Positions 18,692 to 30,514 of a stretch of DNA of 64,000 nt are shown here, one piece after another. The number at the start of each line of letters is the position of its first letter. The first letter of the stretch is position 1. The translations under genes and the position numbers were made by a program. This stretch comes from Chthonomonadales bacterium (GTDB lineage Bacteria > Armatimonadota > Chthonomonadetes > Chthonomonadales > CAJBBX01): positions 1-64,000 of the forward strand of contig JBBIPC010000013.1 of NCBI GenBank assembly GCA_037443035.1, written 5' to 3'. The notes under the pieces were generated by a model. It made no database searches. It was not told the origin of the DNA and saw only the letters and a list, made by a program, of their open reading frames with translations.

Positions 18692-19539
18692 GGCATTGGT
18701 TCAGTCAGGCGACGTGGGAGCAGTTCTGGGCATCGGCCGTCCAGGCGCTAGCTACCACTGGCCTTCGACTGGCCATCATCCTCATCGTCTACTGGCTTGC
18801 GAAGCATGCTCTCTTTCGAGTCGTTGATGCCACCTTGTCGCGCCTGTACAATCGCAGCGCGGAAAGGCTGGGCGCCGAGGATCGCGCCAAGCGCATTCTG
18901 ACCCTCCAGACGCTCGTGCGCAGCCTCATTGGCTACGTGCTGTTCTTCGTCCTCATCCTAACGGTGCTGCAGACCCTCAGCGTGAACATCACCGGTATCC
19001 TGACTACGGCGGGAGTGGCCGGCGTTGCCGTCGGTTTCGGCGCCCAGAAGCTCGTTCGAGACGTCATCAGCGGCTTCTTCATCGTGACGGAAGACCAGTT
19101 TGCGGTCGGCGATTATGTCACCATCGGCCAGGCCACGGGAGTCGTCGAGGAAATGGGCTTGAGGACCACGCGCATTCGCGACGATAAGGGCCGCGTCTGG
19201 GCGATTGCCAATGGGGACATCAGCGTCGTTGTCAATCACTCCAGAGGCCCCGTGGTTACAACGCTGGACATCGTTCTACCAGCGACAGCGAATGTGGACG
19301 CTGTGTCTGTTGCGATCCACGAAGCGGGAGCGAACCTCGCCCAAGCCAAACCGGACCTGCTCACAGCGGCGCCCATTGTAGAAGGCGTCGCGGCATTCGA
19401 CGCTGCGAGTATCACCTTGCGGGTCCGAATCAGCGCAAGGCCGGAGAAGGTCGCTGCCGCCGAGATGCTACTCCGGGACCACATCCGGGACATTCTGACA
19501 GAAGCTGGCATTCTCAGCGCACCGCAGCCGGCGTCCTGA
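18688..19539 (+). CDS. Small-conductance mechanosensitive channel family protein
   Basis: AVGFGAQKLVRDVISGFFI..EDQFAVGDYV, GVVEEMGLRTTRIR. Confidence 0.92.
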   Translation: MRHWFSQATWEQFWASAVQALATTGLRLAIILIVYWLAKHALFRVVDATLSRLYNRSAERLGAEDRAKRILTLQTLVRSLIGYVLFFVLILTVLQTLSVNITGILTTAGVAGVAVGFGAQKLVRDVISGFFIVTEDQFAVGDYVTIGQATGVVEEMGLRTTRIRDDKGRVWAIANGDISVVVNHSRGPVVTTLDIVLPATANVDAVSVAIHEAGANLAQAKPDLLTAAPIVEGVAAFDAASITLRVRISARPEKVAAAEMLLRDHIRDILTEAGILSAPQPAS

Positions 19540-19610
19540 TACCTCGGATGTAGCGGGAATCGCGGGCGTGGCACCTCCGTATTGTCATGTTGTGCATCGC
19601 CTTTTCGCGG

Positions 19611-21119
<1,509 letters not shown>

Positions 21120-21123
21120 CGCC

Positions 21124-21534
21124 ATGGCCACGTTCCGATTGGAGATCATCACGCCGGACCGAGTCGTGTTGGATGACAAAGTTCAATCTGTACGCCTCCC
21201 CGGCGTGCAAGGCTCCTTCGGTGTTCTCGCTAATCACGCGCCACTGGTCGCCGAGTTGACGGTCGGTCCCATCCACGTTGTCCATGCCAACGGCGATCGA
21301 GAGTACATCGCTGCATCCGGAGGATTCGTCCGCGTCGAGAACAACCGGGTCACCGTTCTGGCCAATGCCGCTGAGCGCGCTGAAGAGATAGATATCGCCC
21401 GAGTGCAAGCAGCAGTAGAACGAGCCAAGGCTCGCCTCGCCGAGGCCGGTGCAGGTGGCTATGAAGAAGCCAGGGAGGCGCTGCGGCGCGCCATGAACCG
21501 GCTCGATGTGGTACGCAGGAATGCGGATGCCTGA
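21124..21534 (+). CDS. atpC: F1 ATP synthase epsilon subunit
   Basis: LEIITPDR, GSFGVLANHAP, SGGFVRV, C-terminal helices. Confidence 0.95.
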   Translation: MATFRLEIITPDRVVLDDKVQSVRLPGVQGSFGVLANHAPLVAELTVGPIHVVHANGDREYIAASGGFVRVENNRVTVLANAAERAEEIDIARVQAAVERAKARLAEAGAGGYEEAREALRRAMNRLDVVRRNADA

Positions 21535-21609
21535 ATCGAACTAGGAGCTGCTCGCCTTCATTCTTTCCGTGCGTGGCGGGCCACCATCTGCAAGGCAAGG
21601 AGTTCACGC

Positions 21610-24078
21610 ATGGTAGGCATCGTGTCCGCCGCTCTGGCTGTCACACCCTCGCTGCAGTATCCTCTTGCGACAAGGGCTGACTTGCTCCTAGCACGTCGCT
21701 GGGCCATGGCGAAGTTCGGTGGCAAAGTGGAGACTGGGATCCGTCTGCCGGGACTGTACGTCCACGCCAACAACGATCCTGTGCAGAAGAACTCCCGCGC
21801 CGGCCGGCCCATGAACATCGCGGGCAAGCAGTACCGACGCGGGCTCTACTGCCATGCCACGAGCCGAATCGTCGTGGAGCTTCCAGGTCCGGGAAGCCGC
21901 TTCGAAGCTGTGTGTGGCATCGACTCCAATGAGCAGACCAGCGGCGGACGTGGTAGCGTGGACTTCGCCGTCCGTGTGGGAGACCACGTGGCATTCCGTT
22001 CGCCGCTCATGCGCGAGGGCATGGCCGGTCGCCCGGTCCGCGTGGACCTTGGAGGAGCCACTCAGTTCGTTCTGGAGATCAGCGATGGAGGCGACGGAAT
22101 CGCATGCGATCAGGCCGATTGGGCCGACGCCTCCGTCACACTCGCCGATGGCAGCACGCTCTGGCTGGCAGACCTGCCCCTATTCGGACCAGAGCCACCG
22201 GCGGTCGATTCGGCAGCGCCTTTCTCCTTCGTGTATGGCAACGAGCAGTCGAAGAACCTCCTGCTTCATTGGACGGTATCCCGTGCGATGCGGACAGCCG
22301 AGGATGGACGGGTCCACTACACCGTCATCTACGACGAGCCGACCGGCCCGCTGCGAGTGCGCTGCGAAGCGGTGCTCTACGCGGACTTCCCCACCGTCGA
22401 GTGGACCCTGTTCCTCTCCAACCGAGGCAACGAGAAGACACCCATCGTGGCTGACGTGAAGTCGCTGGACATCGAGTATGGCGTCGGCCAGGGCCCTGCG
22501 GTCCTGCATTACTTCACAGGCAGTCCGTGCACTCCGACCGACTACGAACCCCACCAGACTCGGCTCGATGCAGGAAGCGATGTGGCCATTGCCACCAGCG
22601 GCGGACGGCCAACGAACAGCAACCTACCTTACTTCAATATTGAGTGGAATGGAGGCGGTCTCATCGCTGTACTCGGCTGGCCAGGCCAGTGGTCCGCCAG
22701 GTTCCGAGGGGGTGATGGTGGCTCTGTCCACGTGAGCGGCGGCCAGGAGCTAACGCACTTCACCCTCTTGCCGGGTGAAGAGGTCCGCACCCCTCGTGTG
22801 GTCCTCCAATTCTGGCACAGTGACCGCGCGACGGCGCAGAACGTATGGCGGCGCTGGATGCGTATGCACAATTCTCCCCACCCTGCCGGCAAGCCCGTAG
22901 GACCGCAGTTCGCCGCGTGCAGCTCCCATCAGTTCGGCGAAATGATCCATGCCAATGACGCCAATCAGAAGCTCTTCGTGGATCGCTACCTCGAGGAGGG
23001 ACTGAAGCTCGACTACTGGTGGATGGACGCTGGATGGTATGTGAACAATGGCAACTGGCCCAACACGGGCACCTGGGAAGTGGATCGGAAACGGTTCCCG
23101 GGTGGACTCCGGTCCATCACGGACCATACCCATGCAAAGGGCGTGCGATCCATCGTCTGGTTCGAGCCTGAGCGTGTCAACAGTGGAACCTGGCTCTACG
23201 ACACGCATCCGGAGTGGCTCTTGACCGCCGGTGATGGCGACCGACTGCTGGATCTGGGCAATGACGAAGCCCGAAGGTGGTGGACAGACCATGCGGATCG
23301 GCTCATCACGGAGGAGGGCATTGACCTCTACCGAACGGACTTCAACATAGATCCACTCGCCTTCTGGCGTGCCGCCGATGCGCCGGATCGTCAGGGCATC
23401 ACCGAGATTCGATATGTCACCGGCTTCCTGACGTACCTCGATGAACTCCTACGAAGACACCCGAACCTCGTCATGGACACCTGCGCCTCAGGCGGACGCC
23501 GTAACGACATCGAAACGCTTCGTCGAGCCGTACCTCTCCTGCGGAGTGATTACATCCTGGAGCCGGTCGCCCAACAGCTCCATACCTATGGCATCGCCCA
23601 GTGGATACCGTTCTTCGGCACAGGCGTCAACTCCAGCGATCCCTATGTGTTCTGGAGCCAAGCGTGCCCGCATATCACGGGTTGTTGGGACGTCAGGAGG
23701 AAGGATCTGGACTACCCGACCATCCGGACGCTCATCCAGCAGTGGCGGACCGTGGCGCCGCTCATGCTCGGTGATTTCTATCCGCTAACGCCCTACGACA
23801 TCGGCACGGCCGGTTGGATGGCCTGGCAATACAATCGGCCTGAGGACGGCAAAGGCATGATCATGGCCTTCCGACGTCCGAACAGCGCGTACGAGGTGGC
23901 GCGTTACCCTCTCTTCAGACTGGAGCCTAAGGCCACCTACCGCCTGCGCGACGTCTCCGGCAAGGATCTGGGTACCCACGCAGCTACGGAGCTGATGGAC
24001 AAGGGCCTCAGGGTGGAGATTCCCGAGAATCCTGGTGTGGCTGTGGTGTTGTACGAACGGCTGGCAGCGCGAAGGTAA
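21610..24078 (+). CDS. GH36-like alpha-galactosidase with N-terminal NPCBM/NEW2 domain
   Basis: GLYCHATS...GDGIACDQADWADA (NPCBM); WWMDAGWY, RFPGGL, VWFEPE, YRTDFN, CASGGRRND. Confidence 0.85.
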   Translation: MVGIVSAALAVTPSLQYPLATRADLLLARRWAMAKFGGKVETGIRLPGLYVHANNDPVQKNSRAGRPMNIAGKQYRRGLYCHATSRIVVELPGPGSRFEAVCGIDSNEQTSGGRGSVDFAVRVGDHVAFRSPLMREGMAGRPVRVDLGGATQFVLEISDGGDGIACDQADWADASVTLADGSTLWLADLPLFGPEPPAVDSAAPFSFVYGNEQSKNLLLHWTVSRAMRTAEDGRVHYTVIYDEPTGPLRVRCEAVLYADFPTVEWTLFLSNRGNEKTPIVADVKSLDIEYGVGQGPAVLHYFTGSPCTPTDYEPHQTRLDAGSDVAIATSGGRPTNSNLPYFNIEWNGGGLIAVLGWPGQWSARFRGGDGGSVHVSGGQELTHFTLLPGEEVRTPRVVLQFWHSDRATAQNVWRRWMRMHNSPHPAGKPVGPQFAACSSHQFGEMIHANDANQKLFVDRYLEEGLKLDYWWMDAGWYVNNGNWPNTGTWEVDRKRFPGGLRSITDHTHAKGVRSIVWFEPERVNSGTWLYDTHPEWLLTAGDGDRLLDLGNDEARRWWTDHADRLITEEGIDLYRTDFNIDPLAFWRAADAPDRQGITEIRYVTGFLTYLDELLRRHPNLVMDTCASGGRRNDIETLRRAVPLLRSDYILEPVAQQLHTYGIAQWIPFFGTGVNSSDPYVFWSQACPHITGCWDVRRKDLDYPTIRTLIQQWRTVAPLMLGDFYPLTPYDIGTAGWMAWQYNRPEDGKGMIMAFRRPNSAYEVARYPLFRLEPKATYRLRDVSGKDLGTHAATELMDKGLRVEIPENPGVAVVLYERLAARR

Positions 24079-24079
24079 C

Positions 24080-24859
24080 GCTCGACCGCGAGACGCACGT
24101 CGGTGCCGACTGCGACGATCCGAAGCGGGGGAACCTCGCAGACATCCGTAGCAACGTAATCCACCATGCCGACCCGATAGGTCCGTCCATCGTCGGTACC
24201 CACTCTCTTGCAGCTTGGATGCGATGTGAGATTCTCCAGCCCCGCGTCTGCGGATACTTCGCTGACCGTGGAGCCGTGAGCCCCAGGACGCCTATACGCA
24301 GCGGACCACGACGTAGGATGACGTAGGACCGGATTCCCGGTATGGTTCTGCCGTGACCATCCGTCAAGTTGGCGCATACCCATGGAAACCGTGACGCCCT
24401 GACGACGCGCAGCAGTGCCCGCTGAGAGCCTGCCGCATCCTCGGCATCCACTGCGTCCTTGGCCTTGAACTCGTTGTTGCCCACCGCGGCCACTTCGTAG
24501 CCCATAGCATTCATCGCGGCTACGTCAGCCAGACCTTCGTACGCGTTCGTGAGGGCTCCCCGGGTGAAAACGTCGCCTGCGTCCATCGTCAGGACGAACC
24601 CTTCGGAGCGGTTGCGCAAGCGCCGCAACAACGTCGCACGCCTGGCAGCGCCACCAACCCATTCCCGCTCCGCTCCTCCGCGTCCCTGTTCCGCATATGT
24701 GAATGGCAGAAGACGTCCGTGCAGATCATTGGTGTGTAGGATGGTTAGCCGAAATGTCGGCGTTGCAGGCGCGGCTGGTCTGGGCACCGACATGCCCACT
24801 AGCACCACCAGCGCAGCGACGAAGGGCATGGTGCGTGCGAAGCGGACAGTATTCTTCAC
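24080..24859 (-). pseudogene. Bifunctional metallophosphatase/5'-nucleotidase, truncated or internally deleted
   Basis: ILHTNDLHG, GGAARRAT, DAGD, GNNEF, FPWVCAN. Homology ends near 24195; a C-terminal-like segment follows in another frame. Confidence 0.65.
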
Positions 24860-24963
24860 AGGATACTGTACCCGCTCTCCGGCAGACGCGGATGCGCTAC
24901 TCGGTAGTGCTAGAATGTACGGAAAGCACGTGCCACAAAGCAAGATGGAGGCCGACGGACGCC

Positions 24964-25278
24964 ATGGCAGATCGCAGCAAGGGTGACGCAACGGGGAGGA
25001 TCCTCGGAGCGCTCGTCTTCGTGCTGGGGATTGCCGTCATCGTCATCGTGCTGCTTCTGGCCTACCGGCTCTTTCTCGATCCATCGGTGGCCATGCACGT
25101 GCCGCAAGGTCGCGAACCCACCTTCGTCCATCTGGCAGCCGGTTTCGCTGATCTCCTCATCCGCGTGCTCCTCCTGACGGTCGGTAGCATCTCCGGAGCG
25201 CTCATCGCTACACGCGGTATCCGGATGTACGAAGCTTCCCTCACGCCCTCTGCAGCTTCCGACACGCCCAAGGAATGA
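24964..25278 (+). CDS. Small two-TM hypothetical protein
   Basis: ATG 24964 (MADRSKGD...) with upstream GGAGG; two hydrophobic helices. Confidence 0.7.
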   Translation: MADRSKGDATGRILGALVFVLGIAVIVIVLLLAYRLFLDPSVAMHVPQGREPTFVHLAAGFADLLIRVLLLTVGSISGALIATRGIRMYEASLTPSAASDTPKE

Positions 25279-25332
25279 CTTGGAGATCGGACGCTCCTAT
25301 CGCTCGCTCACCGTCCTCAGGAACGGGCGTGG

Positions 25333-26445
25333 CTAGCTTCGGCCTGTCAGTCGGATTTCGAGGAGCGTTAGGTCATCGGGGAGCCGGATGGCGCCGGATT
25401 TGATAAGGAGAGTCTTTTCGATCGCCTCCAGCGTCGTACCCGAGTTGGGATAGCCTAACTCAGCCAGCAGCTTGCATAGGCCAGCCCTGCCCAGAGGCGT
25501 CCCATCCGCGGTGGGGAATTCCACTGCTCCGTCGGTGTAGAAAAGCAGACAATCGCCAGGCTGAAGTCGGAGCCGCAGGACTTCGAAAGGCGCCTGAATC
25601 GCGAATCCCAAGGGCGGTCCTCCGACGTCGGCCTTAGGGGCGAGGGCGCCGTCTCCGTTGTAGAGAAGCGGCGGAGGTCCTCCGGCTGATACGAGCGTGA
25701 TCGCCGGTTCCGTGAGGTCCAAGAGGCCGTACACCAGCGTAGCGAAGGCATCGTCGCCACTTTTCGTCTCTATGAGTCGGCCGTTCACGGCGTGGACGAA
25801 CGCCGGTGGATCAGTCAACTTCTCCGCTAACTCCGACCAGAAGCATCGGAGCTGCATCGCGTACAGAGCCGCCGAAAGACCGTGCCCCATGACGTCGCCG
25901 ATCCAGAACGCGAGGTGATCTGCATCGGGCTGAATCAGTGCGTGAAAGTCGCCGCCAATGACATCGTGAGGAACATAGCGTTCGCGCACGCTGACGCGCG
26001 GATCCACGATGTCAGGGTGTGCCAGCGCTGCGGCCTGGACACGCTGCGCTCGAAAGAGGTCCTTGTACTCGCTACTGATATCGCGGAACGTCTCGACGCC
26101 GCCGATGATCCGACCATCTCCGCTGCGCAGTGGGGCCGTGGAGACGCGCATGGGAATGCGGCGCCCACTTGCCGACCGAGCGAAGACGACCACCTCTTGC
26201 GGGCTCCGCATACCCGTTACCATGGCACGATACAACGGACACGTCTGTTCCCCACACAGTTGGTGTCCGTCCTTGTCCGCATGGCAGAGGATGCCATCGA
26301 GGCATTGCCGGCCCACGACGTCCTCGGCTTTCCAGCCCGTGATCTCCTCGGCCGCAGCATTCCAGTAGACGATGCGCCGCTCGAGGTCCGTCACGTAGAG
26401 GCCATCCGCCAGCGAGTTCAGCACTTCCTGCACTTTGAATTCCAT
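25333..26445 (-). CDS. PAS-domain PP2C/SpoIIE-family protein phosphatase
   Basis: PAS (IVYWNAAAEEITGW); IGGDF, IGDVMGHG, FYTDGAVE, DDLTLL. Confidence 0.9.
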   Translation of the reverse strand: MEFKVQEVLNSLADGLYVTDLERRIVYWNAAAEEITGWKAEDVVGRQCLDGILCHADKDGHQLCGEQTCPLYRAMVTGMRSPQEVVVFARSASGRRIPMRVSTAPLRSGDGRIIGGVETFRDISSEYKDLFRAQRVQAAALAHPDIVDPRVSVRERYVPHDVIGGDFHALIQPDADHLAFWIGDVMGHGLSAALYAMQLRCFWSELAEKLTDPPAFVHAVNGRLIETKSGDDAFATLVYGLLDLTEPAITLVSAGGPPPLLYNGDGALAPKADVGGPPLGFAIQAPFEVLRLRLQPGDCLLFYTDGAVEFPTADGTPLGRAGLCKLLAELGYPNSGTTLEAIEKTLLIKSGAIRLPDDLTLLEIRLTGRS

Positions 26446-26661
26446 AGGCCACCACCTTGCACCCCCGCCGCACAAACTGCAATCGCTAGCTCGCAACAGT
26501 CAGACCTAGCATACCATAGCCGCATGGATCCGTGAACTCACGCGAACGACTGAGGTACGATGGATTCGCCTTGGCACGCCAACGACGCTGTGAAGCGAGG
26601 AATCGCTGATACTCCCGGCTGTCGAGGGCGATCTGTCCTCCGGGAAAAAGGGGGTCGAACC

Positions 26662-28056
26662 ATGAGCTGGCTTGTTCTCCTGTACTTGGTGGCCGCTGGC
26701 GGCAACCGAATCCACTCCATTAGCGACATCTCCCACGAATTCACGTTTTATATGGACGGCCGCTTCTTCGCTCAGTACATCACGGATGCGAACGGTGCGG
26801 ATGCGCGAAACTGGGGCACGTTGTACAAGCTCGACCTGAGCAACGCCAATCTCCTGATCCTTTCGAGCGGCCCCGGTCCCGTGGCCTATCTTCCCCGCTC
26901 TATCGCCCACGTGCGGCAGTTCGCGGAGCAAGGAGGAGCGGTCCTCATCATGTCCGACGCCTCTGGCACGACCACCGACCGCGAACTGCCCATCCAGACC
27001 CTCGCACGGGCGTTCGGAGGGCAGTTTGCACGCAACAGGGCGCAGTTGCCTGCCAGAGCCTCCCCCCAACTCGGCGCGGCTTCGGTAGAATGTCGTCCAG
27101 GAGGTACGCTGCACCTTACTGGGACCTGGGAGACGCTGGTCACCGACTCTGTCGGAGTCCCCTTGATGGCCTTGCGCCAGATTGGTAAGGGCTATGTACT
27201 CCTATCGGTTCGTGGACTGTTCGGCCAGAATCCGGATGCCAGCGATTCCATCAATGCTTCTTGGATCACACCACTCCTTCAGCGGATCGTTGCTAACCGA
27301 CCAGTGGACCCGTCCAGGCCGCCAAAGCGCCAGTTCGCCGAGCTAACGAAGAAGCTCGATGGCCTTACCGTGGAGTTCAACGAGGGAACCCGCCCGTTCG
27401 CCGACGCCATTGCCAAGGAGTACTTCGTCGTTCGGGAACACCTCTGCGAGATCACCGGCGTGCAGCCGTCCAAGGGTACCCTGACCAATCTGCTCATGCT
27501 GCCCACAGGTGGGGGAGGCTTCTCGAGCGGTGATCGCATCGGCATTGGCGCCTGGTGGGGTGGCTACCCGAAAGCGCGCTATCCCATGATCGAGCTCATC
27601 GGCCACGAGGCTGGCCATTCGTGGGTACTTCCGCACGCCGAGCCCGTGTGGAACGAGCCGATCGCCACCTACCTGGGCATCCAAGTGGGCAGGCGTATGG
27701 GTATGCCCGAGGCTGATGCGACACTCCGGCGGAACATCGAAGCGGCACGGAAGCTGGACCCGGACTTCACCAAGATAGACATATCGGCACCGAATGTACC
27801 GTATGCCGTGGTCTGGGGAAAGTCCTTCTGGATCTTCGAGGAAATGGAGCGCATGCATGGTCCTAGCGCCATGGCCAAGTACTTCCGGACGAAACGCGCC
27901 ATCGTGAAGCCCGAGCGGCCCCGCTACACCATGGACGACTGCGTGGCGGTGTGGAGCCGAGCTGTCGGCCGGGACCTGTTTCCCTGGTTCCGCGAGCATG
28001 GCATACCGGTGGACGCGACCAAGACGGACCTTGCCGACGGTCGTCTCAGCCCGTAA
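26662..28056 (+). CDS. Secreted hypothetical protein, putative zinc metallopeptidase
   Basis: Short hydrophobic N-terminus; HEAGH followed by WNEPIATY. Confidence 0.6.
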   Translation: MSWLVLLYLVAAGGNRIHSISDISHEFTFYMDGRFFAQYITDANGADARNWGTLYKLDLSNANLLILSSGPGPVAYLPRSIAHVRQFAEQGGAVLIMSDASGTTTDRELPIQTLARAFGGQFARNRAQLPARASPQLGAASVECRPGGTLHLTGTWETLVTDSVGVPLMALRQIGKGYVLLSVRGLFGQNPDASDSINASWITPLLQRIVANRPVDPSRPPKRQFAELTKKLDGLTVEFNEGTRPFADAIAKEYFVVREHLCEITGVQPSKGTLTNLLMLPTGGGGFSSGDRIGIGAWWGGYPKARYPMIELIGHEAGHSWVLPHAEPVWNEPIATYLGIQVGRRMGMPEADATLRRNIEAARKLDPDFTKIDISAPNVPYAVVWGKSFWIFEEMERMHGPSAMAKYFRTKRAIVKPERPRYTMDDCVAVWSRAVGRDLFPWFREHGIPVDATKTDLADGRLSP

Positions 28057-28087
28057 GGTCCTTATGTCTGACGCCGTGAAGCTTCCC

Positions 28088-28939
28088 TCAATGGTCCGTG
28101 TTCCATAGCCCCAGTGCGTCGGCCATGAGGCGAAGCTCACGGATGTAGCCGTAGTCCGGCCTCACCAGAAGCTCGGGGAACTCCTTCGCTCGGAAGCACG
28201 GGCGGTACTGTGCCATGATGTTGATGCCCGTTCCGGGCGCAATGCGCGCCACAGTCTCGACAACCTTGCGGCTTTCGGCCAGGTCTCCTGGCAACACCAA
28301 GTGGCGTACCAGGACACCGCGCGTGGCAAGGCCATCGCGATCTATCGTCAGCGGGCCGACCTGCCGATACATCTCCGCCAGCGCTGCCTCGGCTATTTCC
28401 GGATACCCGGGCACGCCTGAGTACTTGCGGCCGACATCCTCATTCGCGTACTTGAAGTCAGGCATGTAGATCTCGACAAGCCCCTCCAACCGCCGGAGCG
28501 TTTCGACCGACTCGTATCCTCCGCAGTTGTAGACAATGGGCACCTTCAGACCGCGGATTCGTGCTAGCGAGATCGCTGGCGCGACGACGTGCGCGACATG
28601 CGTCGGCGTCACGAAGTTCACGTTGTGGCATCCGAGCCCCTGGAGCCGCAACATCACGTCCGCCACCATGTCAGGCCCCGCCTCGGCTCCAACAAGACTG
28701 TGACTGATATCGCTGTTCTGACAATAGACACAGTCGAGATTGCAGCTCGAGAAGAAGATGGTGCCGCTTCCGCCACGACCCACGAGCGGCGGTTCCTCCC
28801 CAAAGTGCGGACCGGCTGAAGCCATCAGGGCCTTTTCCCCCAGACCGCACCAGCCGCGCCCGCCCTCTCGTCGGCGGGCACCGCACTGACGCGGGCATAG
28901 CCGACACGGCGAGATGAGATCGTCGAGCGTTGTCCTCAT
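28088..28939 (-). CDS. Radical SAM protein, PflX-like
   Basis: CRLCPRQC, HFGEEPPL, CNLDCVYCQN, NFVTPTH, IYMPDFKY, VRHLVLPG, MAQYRP. Confidence 0.88.
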   Translation of the reverse strand: MRTTLDDLISPCRLCPRQCGARRREGGRGWCGLGEKALMASAGPHFGEEPPLVGRGGSGTIFFSSCNLDCVYCQNSDISHSLVGAEAGPDMVADVMLRLQGLGCHNVNFVTPTHVAHVVAPAISLARIRGLKVPIVYNCGGYESVETLRRLEGLVEIYMPDFKYANEDVGRKYSGVPGYPEIAEAALAEMYRQVGPLTIDRDGLATRGVLVRHLVLPGDLAESRKVVETVARIAPGTGINIMAQYRPCFRAKEFPELLVRPDYGYIRELRLMADALGLWNTDH

Positions 28940-29033
28940 CGTGTCATGTCCTCGCGCGTCTGACGTTGCGTCTGCAGGACATCCGACGGCTTCCGACGAA
29001 CCAGCGGTCAGCGTGCAACGTGGGAGTGTTATC

Positions 29034-29288
29034 GTGTCTCTCCTGGATACTTACCTCGGGTGGACCGTGGAAGTCCACTACTTGTCCTTCAACTCGGCGA
29101 CGGATCGAGGAGTTCTGGCTGCCGTAGAGCCGCCATGGCTCCTCCTGGAGCTGCCGAACCGACAGTTGGTCATCCCCATCTCGGCTATCAGGTTGTTGAA
29201 GCCCATGGCACCTCCCGACAACGAGCACATGCGACTCTTGAGGCCAGTCGAGAGACCCGAGGAAGCCGCCGGAGTGGAACAGCAATGA
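29034..29288 (+). CDS. Small hypothetical protein (possible Sm-like beta fold)
   Basis: GGGAG SD then GTG 29034; ATGA overlap with the next gene. Confidence 0.6.
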   Translation: MSLLDTYLGWTVEVHYLSFNSATDRGVLAAVEPPWLLLELPNRQLVIPISAIRLLKPMAPPDNEHMRLLRPVERPEEAAGVEQQ

Positions 29289-30514
29289 CACCAGAGGCCA
29301 TGGCGTGGACTGTGCTGTTGGTCGCCGTTGGTCTGAGCATCCTGCCAACCTCCACCACGAGCGGCGACGAACTTGCTGCTCTCGACGCGATCGTGGAACG
29401 AGGCATGGCGGAACAGCGGTACCCTGGCGCCGTGCTGCTCGTGGGTATGCACGGGAACGTCCGCTACGCCAGAGCGTTCGGTAGACACACCTACGAACCC
29501 AGCAGCCCGCCCATGCGCATGAATACCGTCTTCGATATGGCCTCGTGCACGAAGGTAGCCGCTGGCACGCCTGCCGCCTTGCTCCTCGCGGAAGACGGCA
29601 AGCTGCATCTCGACAAGCCTGTAAGCGCCTATTGGCCGGAGTTCGCGGCGCATGGCAAACAGAACGTTACGCTGCGCGATCTACTGACCCATGTCTCCGG
29701 CTTGAAGGCCTATGAGAACTACACGGTGGTGGAAAACGCTCGGCAGCCTGGTGAGACCCACGCGGAAGCCCTGTACCGCCACTATGCGGCCCTGCCCCTG
29801 ACGTACAAGCCACGCAGCAAGGTGCTCTACAGTTGCCTGAACCTTCAGTGTGCGGGCTATGTGGTACAGCGGGTTGCCGGAGAATCGCTAGAGGACTTCC
29901 TCCGCAAGCGCCTGTGGGGCCCACTGGGAATGCGGGATACGACCTTTCGTCCACCCACGAGCATGCTCAAGCGCTGTGCCCCGACGGCTGTGAGCGACGA
30001 TGGTCGGCCAGTTCGCGGCAAGGTCCATGATCCTCTGGCTGCTTACCATGGTACCGAGAGCGTCTGCCCGGCGAATGCTGGGCTGTTCTCCACAGCGGGC
30101 GACCTGGCTCGCTACGTTCGAATGCTTCTCGGTCGTGGTAGGTGGCGTGGCAGGCAGATCCTCAGCCCGGACAGTGTGGCTCTCATGACCAGCGTACAGA
30201 CGCCGGCGCGAGTAAAGACCTTGCGGAGCATCGGCTGGGCTGTGTACGGTGACTCACCTTTCCTTGGGCCGATCCAGAAAGACCCAACGCAGAGAACGGT
30301 CGGGCACACGGGTTACACCGGTACCTGGATCTGGCTGGACCCATCCACGGGGAGCTACATTATCTTCCTCACGAACCGCGTGTTCCCCAGCCCTGCCACG
30401 AATGGCAACGAGGGACCTTCCATAGATGGCGTCCGGGCCGATCTCGCTAGAGTGGTGGTGCAAGCCCTCGAGGCCGATGCCAGGGAGTCAAGATCTAGTC
30501 CGTCAGCGAAGTGA
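29285..30514 (+). CDS. Serine hydrolase, beta-lactamase-related family
   Basis: FDMASCTK (SxxK), LLTHVSG, YSCLN, AGLFSTA, GHTGYTG; signal peptide. Confidence 0.9.
   Translation: MTPEAMAWTVLLVAVGLSILPTSTTSGDELAALDAIVERGMAEQRYPGAVLLVGMHGNVRYARAFGRHTYEPSSPPMRMNTVFDMASCTKVAAGTPAALLLAEDGKLHLDKPVSAYWPEFAAHGKQNVTLRDLLTHVSGLKAYENYTVVENARQPGETHAEALYRHYAALPLTYKPRSKVLYSCLNLQCAGYVVQRVAGESLEDFLRKRLWGPLGMRDTTFRPPTSMLKRCAPTAVSDDGRPVRGKVHDPLAAYHGTESVCPANAGLFSTAGDLARYVRMLLGRGRWRGRQILSPDSVALMTSVQTPARVKTLRSIGWAVYGDSPFLGPIQKDPTQRTVGHTGYTGTWIWLDPSTGSYIIFLTNRVFPSPATNGNEGPSIDGVRADLARVVVQALEADARESRSSPSAK

Noticed and set aside
26571..26590. Sigma54 promoter (TTGGCACG)
   Set aside because: No TTGC at the -12 position.
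28088..28939. Radical SAM gene as the activase for HypD
   Set aside because: Motifs match the PflX-like family rather than GRE activases, and it lies 22 kb away.
29285..30514. Antibiotic-resistance beta-lactamase
   Set aside because: Motifs fit the broad serine hydrolase/esterase family; nothing specific supports beta-lactamase activity.
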